From Setoptus koraiensis (Eukaryota; Animalia; Arthropoda): a DNA stretch of 64,000 nucleotides. The notes under the pieces were generated by a model, which saw only the letters and a program-made list of their open reading frames with translations, was not told where the DNA came from and ran no database searches. The stretch covers positions 8,928,001 to 8,992,000 of the forward strand of contig CM106586.1 of the NCBI GenBank assembly GCA_048013815.1, read 5' to 3'. The translations under genes were made by a program, and so were the position numbers. This document shows, in pieces, positions 1 through 12,941 of the stretch. The stretch's first letter is position 1, and each line of letters opens with the position of its first letter.

Positions 1-1157
1 CAGTTCTTTCAATGAACTTCACTCGATGGGCACAATACAAACAAGCGAACAAAAGAAAATGTTGCTATCGAATGCTGCTAATTATCGCCGTCACATATCC
101 AGAGTATTGTGTACAACGGTCGGATATTCTAGTGTTTCCACCTGTTACGGGATGGCGCCAGTTCTTTTTTGTCTTGTCGTGATTCGGGGGGCCGTAACCG
201 TTATGTAAAGCATAGTCAAAGTGGCAATCATCACCTCCTCTCGATCATAGTTGGCTGCTGTCCGCCGCTACCCACTGCTATCCAATATCATCAACGGCTA
301 TGTGCACATGGCAATGTATACATTGTATATAGGTATCAACTTTCAATCGCCAGCGTACCGTTATTTGGCTCACCTGGCGGCTCAACTAGAACAGTGATTG
401 TTTTCTGCCCAACAGTGGCGCCAGTGAGCCAGCGAGGGGGGCGGCAAGCAATTGGATCGGTGGCCAGCGACAAGAGTAGCGTTAAATTACTGCCATTACT
501 ACTAATGTAATTACCGAGCAGCCAGTGTAGTTAGTTAGTTTAGCCGAATTGCTTGGATAGCCGTTCAGTTTAACTAAGTTGCATTAGCATCAATGTTTAA
601 TCAGCCATGTAAAAGTCGATGATAACCCACACTTGAGAGGAGAGAGAGGCGACCAACAAAGAGACAAAATTAAGCTATCCATTCAAACACTACAGCTACA
701 AATAAACAACTGTATGTAAACAACAAAAACTAATTCAATGACTTGCTATTTCAATGACGCCCGCTACATAACCATTTGTCAACGATCGCATACAACTATT
801 GTTGTTATTCAACTGACCAACTCACTTCTCTAGATGGTCGCCATTATGAGCACGAGAGTCAATTATGCCATTTATATTATCGCCAATTTTAAGTTAAGTA
901 AGCGACTCAATGAATATTGTGCAATAAGTGATCTCACAATTGTCAATCAAAGTTAGATTGGCGACATAAAATTAATCAACAATTATGACACAACAACAAC
1001 ATCAACAACAACAACGGCAACAACAGCAACTTACAATAGAAGAAAGAGCGCAAAGTATCACACAATCAATCAATCAATACCAATCAACAATCAATTGATC
1101 ACTTATGATCAGATCATTCACAATACGGTGCTGAGATCAGAATCAAGTGAGCCAGAA

Positions 1158-2256
1158 ATGCTTCATCATTCGCCCATGCCTCACATGGGCCCGTATCCGT
1201 CGCCTCATTTGGGCGCCATATTACCAAAGAAGACTAAGAAGATTCTCGCCACCTATCATCAGAGTGCTAGTCAAATGAGAAACTTTGACTGTTATTACGA
1301 CGATCCTAAACTGCAAGCGCTGCGGAGCTCGTTCCAATCATGGAGATCAGTGTCTCTTGTGAGTATAATCGTTGTGCCCATACTAACAATTTCGTCGTCA
1401 TCTTAATTGATTAATTACTAACTAATTATTATTCGCCAACAAACAAACAATTATCGCTCGTCAGGCTTGGTCATTTTTAGCTGTGATATTGTTAGCTTCA
1501 AAATGGTACGAGGTGAACATGGAGGTGGAATTGCTGACAAGTATAAACAAAAGTTGGCTCAATATGAGCAGCCTAATGGTGAATGTCAACACGAGCCAAG
1601 ATTCCTTAAATTCCAACAATGACAACACACCGCTAACTAATTCCGGCAATTTTACGAAACAACCCGATTCCATGGCCACCGTTGAGAATGACGACGAGCA
1701 GGCATCGTCGTCCGGCCAACAGATAAATTTAAGTGAGATGATAATAAACAAAAATGCAAATCTTAAAATCGACATCGATACATTTCTAGGTGAGTCTCGC
1801 TAATCATCTACACTGCAGATTTTAAGGTATCTCCAATTTGCTATGGCCTCTATAGCTAGATGGTGATGATGGCACGCAAACAAAAATATTGATGAATTAA
1901 CTCGGCTCATTTATTTATTTATATCGTCTGTGTCCGGCAATCATTGCTGCATGATTAGTTGAATTCAAGAATGCCAGATCTACTCTCATGCTCAGTCTTA
2001 TATTTGTTGTGGTGTACATTTTAAGCTGGAGCTGGATGGCAATCTCCATAAGGGAAACTCGCGTATCTGTAAGTAGCAAAATCGTCATCGAATATAACTC
2101 GCGCATTCCAGTTTCGTATTTCGTATCTAGTGGCACAATATCTCGTTGTCCAGTATCAATTGGTCAGTTAGATTGCAGCCGAAGAAAATGTCTCTGAGAG
2201 GCGCCCCTTTTCTCCGAGCGACCATATCCGTTTTTTTTCTGTTAGACATACAATAG
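1158..2256 (+). CDS. Putative multi-exon orphan membrane protein; both ends uncertain
   Basis: ORFs 1095-1406, 1483-1803 and 1988-2197 join with phase-consistent GT-AG sites: donor GTGAGT after 1358, acceptor 1464, donor GTGAGT after 1789, acceptor 1958, donor GTAAGT after 2068. This gives hydrophobic segments SLAWSFLAVILLA and LMLSLIFVVVYILSWSWMAI around an N/S-rich loop. The last exon (acceptor ~2130) is a guess. No family recognised. Confidence 0.45.
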
Positions 2257-4554
2257 AGTATCAATAGTGCAACGCAAAAAATACTCATCGCCCGATATTC
2301 AACAAGAAGCTGGATGAGAAATGAGCTGAATTGTTGCGAACCACTAATATGGTCATGAGATGATGGTATCGACTTGTGCACTTTTATTCACAAGCTGATC
2401 GCGAGAGGCTCTCCAACGATCTAGTTGTTGCCGGCAAGTGATTGACCAATTTCTAGTTTCGATCAAGGCGATCAAGAGAAACAGATCAGCAGAATTGGAG
2501 AGAAGTTCGAGTGTGTTGACTCGTGTGCTCAATAAATGCATCTCGGCTGTTGAGTTGATCAAATCAAGTACAAATTACACCAAATGTTTCTTTTCTTTTT
2601 TCAATCAATAATACCAAAGATTATTATCGAGAAACAAGGGCCACACCTCGCGCTCTCAGCAAATGACCCAGCCAGCCGGCCAGCCGACCGATCCAACAAC
2701 TGAACAAATCAAACAAATCTCACCATTGTCAATTGGTTACATTAGTCGAGTAATTTGCGTGATTTGTTTGCATCATGCTAACAGATATCGAGATTGCCAT
2801 CTAAATTGTGTATGGCCATTGGCCAATAATTGTAAATTGTCGGCGGTGTGTGCGTGGCAATCGGGCCTAATTAGAGATTAATTTGACTATTCATTCATTT
2901 CTGAATTTGCTATTCATTTTTGAATTTACCAAGTCAGAATATTCATACGAAAATAAATTGCTGTAAAATGAGGCTAGGCGAGAGTTTGTTTGGTCCGGCC
3001 GCGATGATCAACAATCGATCAAAGTTGGTCGAGACGTGTCATCGTTCCGTGGGCGCTGCTACGCCCGACACAATGAACAGATCGAGCGGGCTATCCGACG
3101 AATTTCATATTACTCACTATGTGTAACACTGTGTGACATTGTATAATATCGGCACCGTTACGTTCGGACGGATGTGTTGCTTAGAGTTTTGCTTACATCA
3201 TGTAATTTTGTCGTGTCAACATCGAGTGGTGAGGCCACTCGATTGTTGTGAATGCTGGCCGTTAATCCCTTGACAAGTTGATCGGTCATTAGCGAGCCAC
3301 TTGAGCAGGCTTGCTGTGTAAAGTGTCCGGCCCGTTCAGTATTTGGCCCTCGGCTCACGAATGCAAATTGCTGCCAAATTGATATTGAAAATTGGATTAA
3401 CGGCAACAGGCCGCTCATAGTGACAATTATTGTTGACCGCGTCTAGTTGCCGTTTTGTACACACACACACACAACTTTTGTTGGTAAGACGTGCAATTGG
3501 CAACAAGTTGACAAACGAAGGTCCCGCGATCAGCGCTGACACGAGCGAGAGGTCAATCGAATGCGACGCCACCACCGACAAATTGGTCGTTGGTCAATCG
3601 ATTGTCGGCGACAATATGTCACCGTAAGTGTCAATCAGGTCACTTGGCTCGATTCGTGACAATGTTGTGAATTGAACTCACAGAACTCACATTGAAAGGA
3701 GGTTTACCTTGTCAGTGCGCCGCGAACTGACCGCAACGCGACCATAGTATAACGTCATAATTGAGCCACTGGCTCAATTATTGCTCGGCTGCATTTTGTC
3801 GGCGTTGGTCAGCGGTCAGAGTGCGAAATTCATTAGCGTTAGTTAGTTGATATATAAACAAATCACTAGTGTATATACAGCGTGCATAGCAGCAACAGGT
3901 AGAGTGGTCAGCTACTGGACGGGCGCGCGGCAGCATTACATAACAGCATTGACTGATCGAGTGGTCGCCGTTTATGGCACCAACGAGAGCCGTTGATTAA
4001 ACGCTTGCTGCTGCTTAGATCGCATCTCGAAGCGACCAATGACTGTCCATCAGCGCGCTAATAACGCTTATAATGAGGCCTTAATTCTCGCTTCAGACTC
4101 ACTGATGAACCGGCTGCAATTTCTGGCGATTTCTGGCAATTTACTGCTGCCTCACAGATAAGTGTTTTAGTTGCGTAATGGCGTCCGTTTCCTGCACCAT
4201 CGAGTCTATAATTAGACGACGACGGCGACGGCGGCGGCGACGACGCGAGCCCGAAACTGAATCCATCGCCGCGGCCCTGACAACCGTTGCCGAGTCAGTT
4301 GCCGAAGCGTTTGGTCGCTTCGTTTGGCGATTTTCGTCGAGTTTCGTCGCTTCGTTTGGCGATTTTCGTCGATTCTCAAACGCAAGCAAACTTGCGCCGG
4401 CAACGTTTTCGCTCGGGCTGGCCGCTCGGCATCATCAGCGTCGCCGGCATGGCGAGCGTCAGCGTCATCATGATCACAATCAGTATCGTCTAATCGATTA
4501 TTATGAATCATTTTGAATGTGTTGCTGCACACACACACACACGATATGATTTAG

Positions 4555-4704
4555 ATCTCATATCGCCTAAAGCTAATAAACAGCAGCAGCAGCAGCAGTT
4601 TGCTGAATGAACAAAATGCAACAAAATGTAACGGTCAGTCATTAGCACTACTGGCCGGACTAATTTTGTTGTTGCTGTTGCAATCAGTGCAGGTGCTTGC
4701 ACAG
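4555..4704 (+). CDS. Possible isolated coding exon with a hydrophobic (signal or TM) segment
   Basis: TTTAG acceptor, open frame ending SLALLAGLILLLLLQSVQVLAQ, then CAG/GTAATA donor. It may be a 5' exon of the gene at 7703-10249; the link is not demonstrated. Confidence 0.3.
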
Positions 4705-7526
4705 GTAATATCACAGCGACCGGCCAATGATTTGGCCGGCAACCTGTTGCACTTGTTGCCGATACTGGATGACAGCAAACAGTGTGTGTGTGTGTTTGTT
4801 TTAATGTGATCTTGTTTCATTTATCTCGGCATGCGCATCGCCTTGCCGGTCAGTCTCGCAAGTCAGTCTCGCGAGTCAGTCAGTTGCTGGTTTCGGTTAG
4901 TTTCCGACGGTTCCGACGGTTCAGTCGGGTTCAAGTGGCCCAACCGAGAGTCGCAAACACCGCCGGCCGATACAATGTGTGCCATCGCATTGAATGCCAT
5001 CGCATGACATGAATCGCCGAGCTCGAGTGAACAGTCTCAGCCGGCCCATTTAAACTTAATTTATTGGCATTGTTTTACAGCCCCAAACGCAAATTAATGA
5101 CGGCCTTCCCCATCACTCGCCTATTGCACTATTGCGTAATATTATATTGTGTATATTGTTGCGTCACAACTATTGACTGTTGAGCAAAAATAACTATCGG
5201 CAATTATCTACTAACGAGTTGATGCGGTGCCAGTAGTGTGTGTGTCACAAGCCGTAGCGACGCTAGAAATTTCTCTCGCGCTCTGACAGCGCGAGACAAA
5301 GACATTACCTGTGCTCGACATTGGCCATAAATCAACCAACTGTCGCATCTCACACACAACGACAATCTTAATGACAATCTCGCTACAACCCGATATAAGC
5401 GGCAATCTTGATAGTGATGTAATACAATTATATCGCCATTAGCTCTTGGCTGCGTGTGACCGCCGATTTGGTGCAACGACAACGTTTTGTCTCGCTCGCC
5501 CGCTCATCGTTTATCCGTTTATTTACATTTTGTATTTGTGTGTGTGCATGGGCTGGCCGCGAGTGTCAAGCGAAAGTTTTTATTTTAGCCGACAATGACC
5601 AGCGACGATAAGCGAGCAGTGGCAAGGTAGTAACGGTCGCCCCATAACGGTAAATGTGTAAACGCGATGCCGTAAATGACGGCGCTCGTCTTGGCGCTTG
5701 CTCTCGTTTGTGCCGCGTCGCGCTTGACAGTTGCAGCTAGCCAGTTGCTGGCTGCAACAAAAATATTATTATCCTTATCGATTCCTTATCGGCCATCCGA
5801 GGGTCGTTGCGCAACAAGCAACAAGCAGCCAGCAGCCAGCAGCAAACGACAAACGGCCAATGACAAACAACCGCCGGCCGCTTGCACTTGCCCGATGGCT
5901 GGCTCACCTGAGAAAGTCGTTCCACTCTCATTGTGCACTTGTTAGCTCGCTCTCATTAGCGAGCTAACAATTATTGGCTGTCGCTCTCTTATTGGCTCTC
6001 ATTAGCTGGCTTGCTTGTTAGCGAGTCGAATTGTGCGCAACAGCAACGGCAGCAACAGCAACAACAACCGCCGCCACCACGTTGCCAGTCGACTGTTTCG
6101 TTTGACGCTTAATTTGTGAAAATTAGAATATCCATCATTGGCGAAAATCATTTTATAATATCATCATCTTATCCGCTTGTTTGCTGTCAACCTGTCGGCC
6201 GACAGCTGACGCAAGTCACCCAGTCAGCTGTTACCATGAGTTTGTTTAGTGACACACCGTGTCAGCTAACTCACCTGGTGACCAGGTGACTCACCTGATA
6301 GTCTTATTGTGAGGTGGGCAGTTCATGAGACGAGCACGTTAAACTGTTCAGTTGACTGTGCCAAGTCAATCTAATTTGACCATTGATTGATCGTCACGTA
6401 CAAGTTCATTTTTATTTTTATCTATCGTTTGTTTGTCTTGCTCGCCTTTGCACTTGTTCGCCAGTTGGACACTTGTTAGCCCAATGACCGTCGTTGTTTT
6501 TTTTTTGTTTCACGACAAAGACACGACGAGCCGATTGTTTCAGCGAGCCGCCGCCGCCGACAAACTCGTCGGCTGTGAGCGCTCTCTAACAAAATGGTAA
6601 ATGTTTTTATCTCTGGCAGACATTAGCGCACTTGACTCTTCTGCCTGATATGCCTGATGGACAACAAACTGACTGACGATAATACGCTTACCTAATAACA
6701 ATTGTAGTTACGCAATCAAAATAATGTTGCCAAAATAATTAAGCTCGCCATCGTTAGCACTAGGTGCTGCCGCTGCTATTGTAGCAACAATGCCAAATCA
6801 ATGTGATATCAACCTTCTCGGCTCATCTGTCAGCCCAACAGAAGGTCATCTGACACTGCAAGTCATCGCACTAGATCTGCATTCAACAAGTTTCGTTTCA
6901 CAATGCTAGCTGACGTAATTGTGAAACAAAATCGAAAAACAAACAATTTAGCCAGTTGATTATTTTTATCATTTTTTATTTACTGAACGCACACAAACAG
7001 CGAGATTGGTTAGATAGCTAAAAATGCACTTTTATCGTTAATGACACCAACTTGAGTGAAGTGAGCAATTCGCAAAGTGCTGATAAATGAAACAAATGAT
7101 CATCATTTAATGATGTCATGATTCGAAATCTAACCATCCGAACACAGTTACAACAAACACGATGAATGCAATCTGATGAATTAGGTGTCATCTTGCGATA
7201 TTTCGGGCGCCCAACAAGGTAGTGCTAACAACCTTTTGGTCGGTGTTGTGTCAAGTAATTTATCCCTCTCGCCGCAAATAGACTGAGCTTGCCTTTCAAT
7301 CGTCAAATCGATTTCGGCGTGTATGTGTGTCAGAGGCGTCGTGACAACACAGTTAGAAAACAATTATCCCCATTCCGTCTCACACCGTGTGTCCTCTTGA
7401 AACTGTGCTGCAACCATTGTCCACAGTTCACAACTCACAATTATCCTCGGTTGCACCCACACCCGTTATGCGGCACGATCGATATTGGCTGCAGGCCACA
7501 GAAAACAGAAAAAAAGAGTTTGGCAA

Positions 7527-7670
7527 CTCGACAAATATTTTTTTTCGACAACCATTTTTTTTTTTTTTCGACAAATCGTATTTCTGACAGCTCGTTTTCC
7601 CGACAACCCGTATTTCTGGCGGCTCGTATTGCTGACAACCCGTATTTCTGATAACTAACGTTTTCGAAAA
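7527..7670. repeat. Degenerate 16-17-bp tandem array (CGACAACCCGTATTTCT-like)
   Basis: Several imperfect units read directly. Confidence 0.8.
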
Positions 7671-7702
7671 AATTGTCTCTGCCTGTTCCATTGTATCATC
7701 AG

Positions 7703-10249
7703 AATGACATATCGCTGAAAACAATATTGCTCATATCAATATTTGCCGCCGTGGACGTAGCCGCCAGCGTTGGTTTTGTAATGGTTCGTCTGATAATGGT
7801 AAGTGTTGACACGCGCTTGTTGTTTCTTAGTGTTGTTACATAACATTACGACACCAAAACATTAATAATTCTAATTCGAAATTCTTTGGCATTGCCTAAT
7901 GGTGCGATTGATATGGTGACGGTTGACGCAACAGTATTCCGTCAAGAACAACTCATTCTCAAATAGAATGATGGCGTTGTTTACAATCAAGAGTGAAACG
8001 GTGGATCAGATGGCGGCCGTGACGGCACTGCGAATGGCATCATTAAAGGTGAGAAAAAACAATTATTATTATTATTGTATCGTCACGATTCGCGACGCAG
8101 CTACAGCCAGTTGCAACTGATAATAATAAAATACTAATTTTCACCTGTCGCTTTCACGCCGCGCTTTGCATGCGTGTGGCCACCATCAACGGCATCAATT
8201 TCCGGCCAATTTAATTTCGGCCAATTCAAATGACGGACAAACAAACGGCGTGACGCAACAACAGTCTTGTTCGGCCTATGTGGACGTATTCGTAAGTGTC
8301 ATAATTGGACTGCTCACCATATTGAGAATATATTCAGTGGCGTGTGCTCTATCGTATTACAGACGCATGAGGAGCGGATTTGACATAAGCCAGCATCAGC
8401 AAATGTACAATTATTATCAACAATTGGCCCAGCCTTATCTAACAAATGGCAACAACGCGAATACCACAAATACGACGCCAAACATCAACGGCAGCAACCA
8501 TAACAGCTTGGTCAGCCCAAAACATGCCAGAAATACGCCACCCTCGTCCTATCTGTCCAACGGTAATGGTAATATAGCAACTGGTAGTAATATGAATATC
8601 AATTCTATGATTGATATGATTAATTACGATCATGCCAGCGCCAATGGCAATAACACAATTAATAATATCAATAATAACAATAATAATGATGTAACTGCAC
8701 ATAGTAACAATAGCCACTTGTTATCGTCGTTAATGATAAACAACAACAACAACAACCAACAACAACAACAACAAATTGTCAACAACAAAAACAATCGTCA
8801 GAACAATTTAGCTTTTAATGAGCCATTCATCGTTGGTAAACAATTGGCCCAACGAAACAATCAGCAACAACAGCAGCAGCAAAATTACAATTGCGACCAA
8901 TTCGTTGGCTTCAGCAACAACTTTGTGCCTCAGCAAAAGTCCAATTCAAATCTAGCTCAGACGGCCACAAAACAAATCGATAATGACGGCGACGCCAACA
9001 ACAATGCCCTGTTTGTTTCGTCCCTGAATCAGCAAACGCCTGTAAAATTTTCATCAAATCAACTAAACAACAACAACAACAACAATCAGCATATCAATTA
9101 CCACAATTCTGGCTCCACTTTGGCCAACATCTTGCAGGCGAAATCCAGCGCCAACAACAACAACCAAGCCAGCAACAACAATATCGGTCAGAACAATAAC
9201 AATAATGACTCACTGCAGGCGATCCCAATACAGTTACTACAGACGCCAGTCAAAACCACCGACGGCCTCATTTTGTCGCCCCACAACGTTATCTCAATTA
9301 ATCGCAACAACAAAAACCAAGAACAGGAAATGACTTATGCAACCACCAATCTGCTAATTGGAAAATGTAAGTAGTAATCGTAAATCGCGCAAACAGAGAG
9401 AATTGAAATAACTGAAACCTGTACCTATTTCATCTAATCTATCGTCTATTCGCACGTAACTACATCATACTTTGCCACTAAAATTTTCGTTATGCTAATT
9501 GATGATACATAGATTATTATTCATAATCTCCGCATTTTTCCGCATCGAAATAATTTGAAACAATTGCCAAATGACTATAACTTTAACTACTGTATGTATT
9601 ACAAACGAACTGTAAATATTTACGATGCCACTGGTGCCAAAATATACATTTTGAACCCTTCTCGCTGATGTGAAAATCAACCAATCAGCCTTGTCACTGG
9701 CCAGCGGTGGCGGTCAATCTCATGAGCAACAACAGGACGCTCTAGGACCATTCAAGACGTTGCTATTCCTAAAGTAAGTACGGATGACAATCATCGCCTC
9801 GGTTGCAATTTACGAAACGTATTAAATACAGAATACTAATAGTATGATAATCGTATTTTAGTCGCTCGATGGCGGAACCAGGGATGTTGCGAGAGCTGAG
9901 TAACCGGATCAACAGTGACAACATGATGCAAACCTCTCTGACGAGTCTGAGGTTGCTCGGTCAAACAAACGGCCTGACGGCACTTGCGGCCATACAAGAG
10001 CAACAAGATCAAAATCAAATTCAAGCAGAACAGTCAATGTTTTCTCAAATTTCCATGATTGAACATTTTCAATTGGAGGAAGACGACATTCTGATGCAGT
10101 TCCACACAACAAATGACGACTCGAACGATCGCGAACTGTCTTTTTGTAACGATTACCAATTGGATTCGCTTGTCAATGTAACTGGCGACATCAGTCACTC
10201 GTCACTGCTTGTAAACAACTCAATGGCAGATGAAAATACAATAGACTAA
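7703..10249 (+). CDS. Multi-pass membrane protein (tetraspan LAPTM/DUF7027-like last helices) with a long Asn/Gln-rich tail; 5' exons unresolved
   Basis: Phase-consistent exons 7703-7798, 7935-8048, 8265-9366, 9689-9773 and 9862-10249, all with GT-AG. TM-like KTILLISIFAAVDVAASVGFVMVRLIM and VFVSVIIGLLTILRIYSVACALSYYRR. The final exon falls exactly into frame with ORF 9869-10249. The family call rests only on the Y-x-x-x-x-x-x-SYY end of the last helix. Confidence 0.75.
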
Positions 10250-12417
10250 TAAGAGAGGATGATACATGGCATTATCGCATTATTTTCATATGTTACAAGG
10301 TGGCAACGCACCCATCAATGGATTTGTCGCTACAATGTCGCTACAATGGAGCCATTTTCGAGGCCATCTTTTTTTCCCTTTCTTTTCCTGTTTTTCGTTC
10401 AACAGCAACCACAACTCCAAATCCTACTGCTCATGGAGACACTAGAAAAACACATAGAACATGTTAACCCAATTCGGGGAATGGGAGAGAGAGAGAGAGA
10501 GAGAAAGAGAAATAATGATCAATAAATTGAAAATGAGCATCGTGATCATATCAACGATTTGTTTTAGTTTTGCATAGTTTTCTCCTTCTGACAAGCCTTT
10601 AATCTGATAATTAATGTCAGTATCGCACCAAGTGAAACTAGTTTTATTTCTGTTGCTGTAACTTGACATAACTAATGGAGTGTCACTGTTTCGAGGCATG
10701 CTCAACGCGAAATGCTCCTGCGAAATGCTCCTGCGAAATGCGCGGGAGGATAGCGACAACAGTGAAAAAAGTCATTAAAACAAGTTGCGCAATATATGCT
10801 AGTTGGTGCATCCACTTATTCTATTAATATCAGCACGATTAGCATAATCAATTGCATGGAGACATCTAAATCGAATGCCAATTAATGAAAAGATTATTCA
10901 CGCAGATAAATCATTTCGCGGACATGGATCACTATGCACCATGATTATTATTCACTTGTTCAATTTGGATTCAAGTTGATTAGTTTTTATTCGCGGCAAT
11001 CAATTAAGGCCACTCGATTTGCGCCCTTGAAAATATGCCACCATATCAATGATGGAGACTATAAATCAACAATGAACTCTGTTCAAATTATTTTATGCAG
11101 TTTTTCACCCCTATCCATCGCAAATACATGCACGCATCTGGTAAAAATGTCTAGAAAAACTTATTACTTTGTTCACTGTCGATTTTATAGCTTGCAACCA
11201 GCGCGTTGTAAATTATCGAACGCAGTTATTAGTGGAAAGTGATTTTCGTGAAAGCATTTGCAAAAGAATCGCCTGTACATCTACTTTGGCCAACATACTG
11301 TGGCCCGTCATTCGGTGAGCTAATCCAATGATTTATTTATTCAAATAGTTTCAGTTCGTCCGCAACTCTGCGATGAAGATACAGCTTTGAATGTGGAAAT
11401 TTTTTCGAAACTTCTCGAAAGAGACGTCGACGCATGTGTCATTTGTGAATTTCTGCTCACATTTCTACCGGGTATCGGAAATACATCAGGTATATTCAAT
11501 GTACTATATTGTGTGTGTTTGTTGTAATCTGGCTTGACAGCGATTATTCTTTTGACTCTTTCGGCTGTCTCTTTTGTCTGCCATCATCACCAAGGGACCT
11601 TTGCTGTTAGTGATACTGGCAGTAAAAAAAAAATGAAGAGAAACCAGACGCAAACATCTACATGATGTATCTGACTGTAACGTTTACGATCAATACACAG
11701 AAGAAAAAAGATTAGCCGAGCGCTGATGCGCTGAGATAAATTGACAGATAAGTGCTAATTAGTTAATTAGTAGCGATAGGTTGAAATGGACCCAGGCAAG
11801 TCAGACAATGATCCAGTTTTTTCATTGTCTGGGCGAAAAAGATAATGAGATAAAAATTCAAATAAAAATGATGCTTGCAACTATCAATTGGGAGGTGAAA
11901 GTGAGAGTTGATGTTGCAGTGTCAATGTCAGAGTGTGTTATCTGGCTGAATCTTGGTTATATTAGCCTGAACTGACCTTGATCATTTTATATTTGTCTTG
12001 TGTTCATTAATAGTTTTTCATTCATAAATGATGATTGCAAGATAGATTATTTATTTACTCAACTTGAAGCGTTAGCAACAAGTTGATTAGCGTTAGCAAC
12101 TTGGTTAGTTAATAAACTTGCCGTGTGTCAATCAGAATAAATCCCATTCTGATTTGTCTATAGCTAACAAAGTTAGCTTTTCGTGTCAATAGTGACAACT
12201 GTATAGTAATGGGTCTAAACGATAAACAACACGCTGGCGGTGGAACAACCGCCAAAGTGTGGCAATTAAATCAAATTGTGATGGAACACAAAATTCAGCA
12301 GCAAGCTTAAGATTTAAATTGACGCTTCTTCGAGCTGTTGTCACACGCCGACAAAGTAGGCGACGAAAGTTGCCATATCTCACCGCTACCGCAGCTCATT
12401 AGCTAACAAAGACAAGG

Positions 12418-12486
12418 TAAATGGTTGCTAGGTGAATGGTTGCTAGGCAGAATAATCTCAGGTGAGTGTTGCGTTTAGTTGCTAGG
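12418..12486. repeat. 15-bp imperfect tandem (AATGGTTGCTAGGTG)
   Basis: Two near-perfect units plus a partial third. Confidence 0.75.
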
Positions 12487-12814
12487 AACAGCAAGGGGTG
12501 AGCGAGCATATTTTTTGGCGCCACGATAATCAATGGTAATGGCGGTTGTCGTCAGAATGTCGCAATAATTTTCAAATTGGAAATATAGGGAAAAAGCAAA
12601 AAAACTCCTCCATCCAATCATCAATGTGGCGAGCGCCAGCGAATGCTGAATAATTTATGATCGGTTTCACTGGCACTGATGAAGGGAATTTGTTTTAATT
12701 TTATAATCGCATTCTTTCAGGATGTGAGCCAACAGGCCACTCCTACTGCCTACCGCCTATAAACTACACGTGGTGCGGGCGCTGGCCAAGTTTCGAGCCA
12801 CCGATTTTCGTGGC

Positions 12815-12823
12815 TATATAAAA
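12815..12823 (+). promoter_or_regulatory. TATA box of the cuticle protein gene
   Basis: TATATAAAA about 125 bp upstream of the ATG at 12942. Confidence 0.6.
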
Positions 12824-12941
12824 TGGCGACAGCGGAGCCCGCAGCGACCAATAAAGGATCACAAGTGGCCGAGAGACCTCACAACCGTTTGCAATTTCAA
12901 CTTTAACTAGCATTCCAGCGACACACAAATCAAAACCAAAA

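Noticed and set aside
5676-5945. ORF with a signal-peptide-like start (MTALVLALALVCAAS)
   Set aside because: The rest derives from CAA/CAG simple repeats and no downstream exon could be linked.
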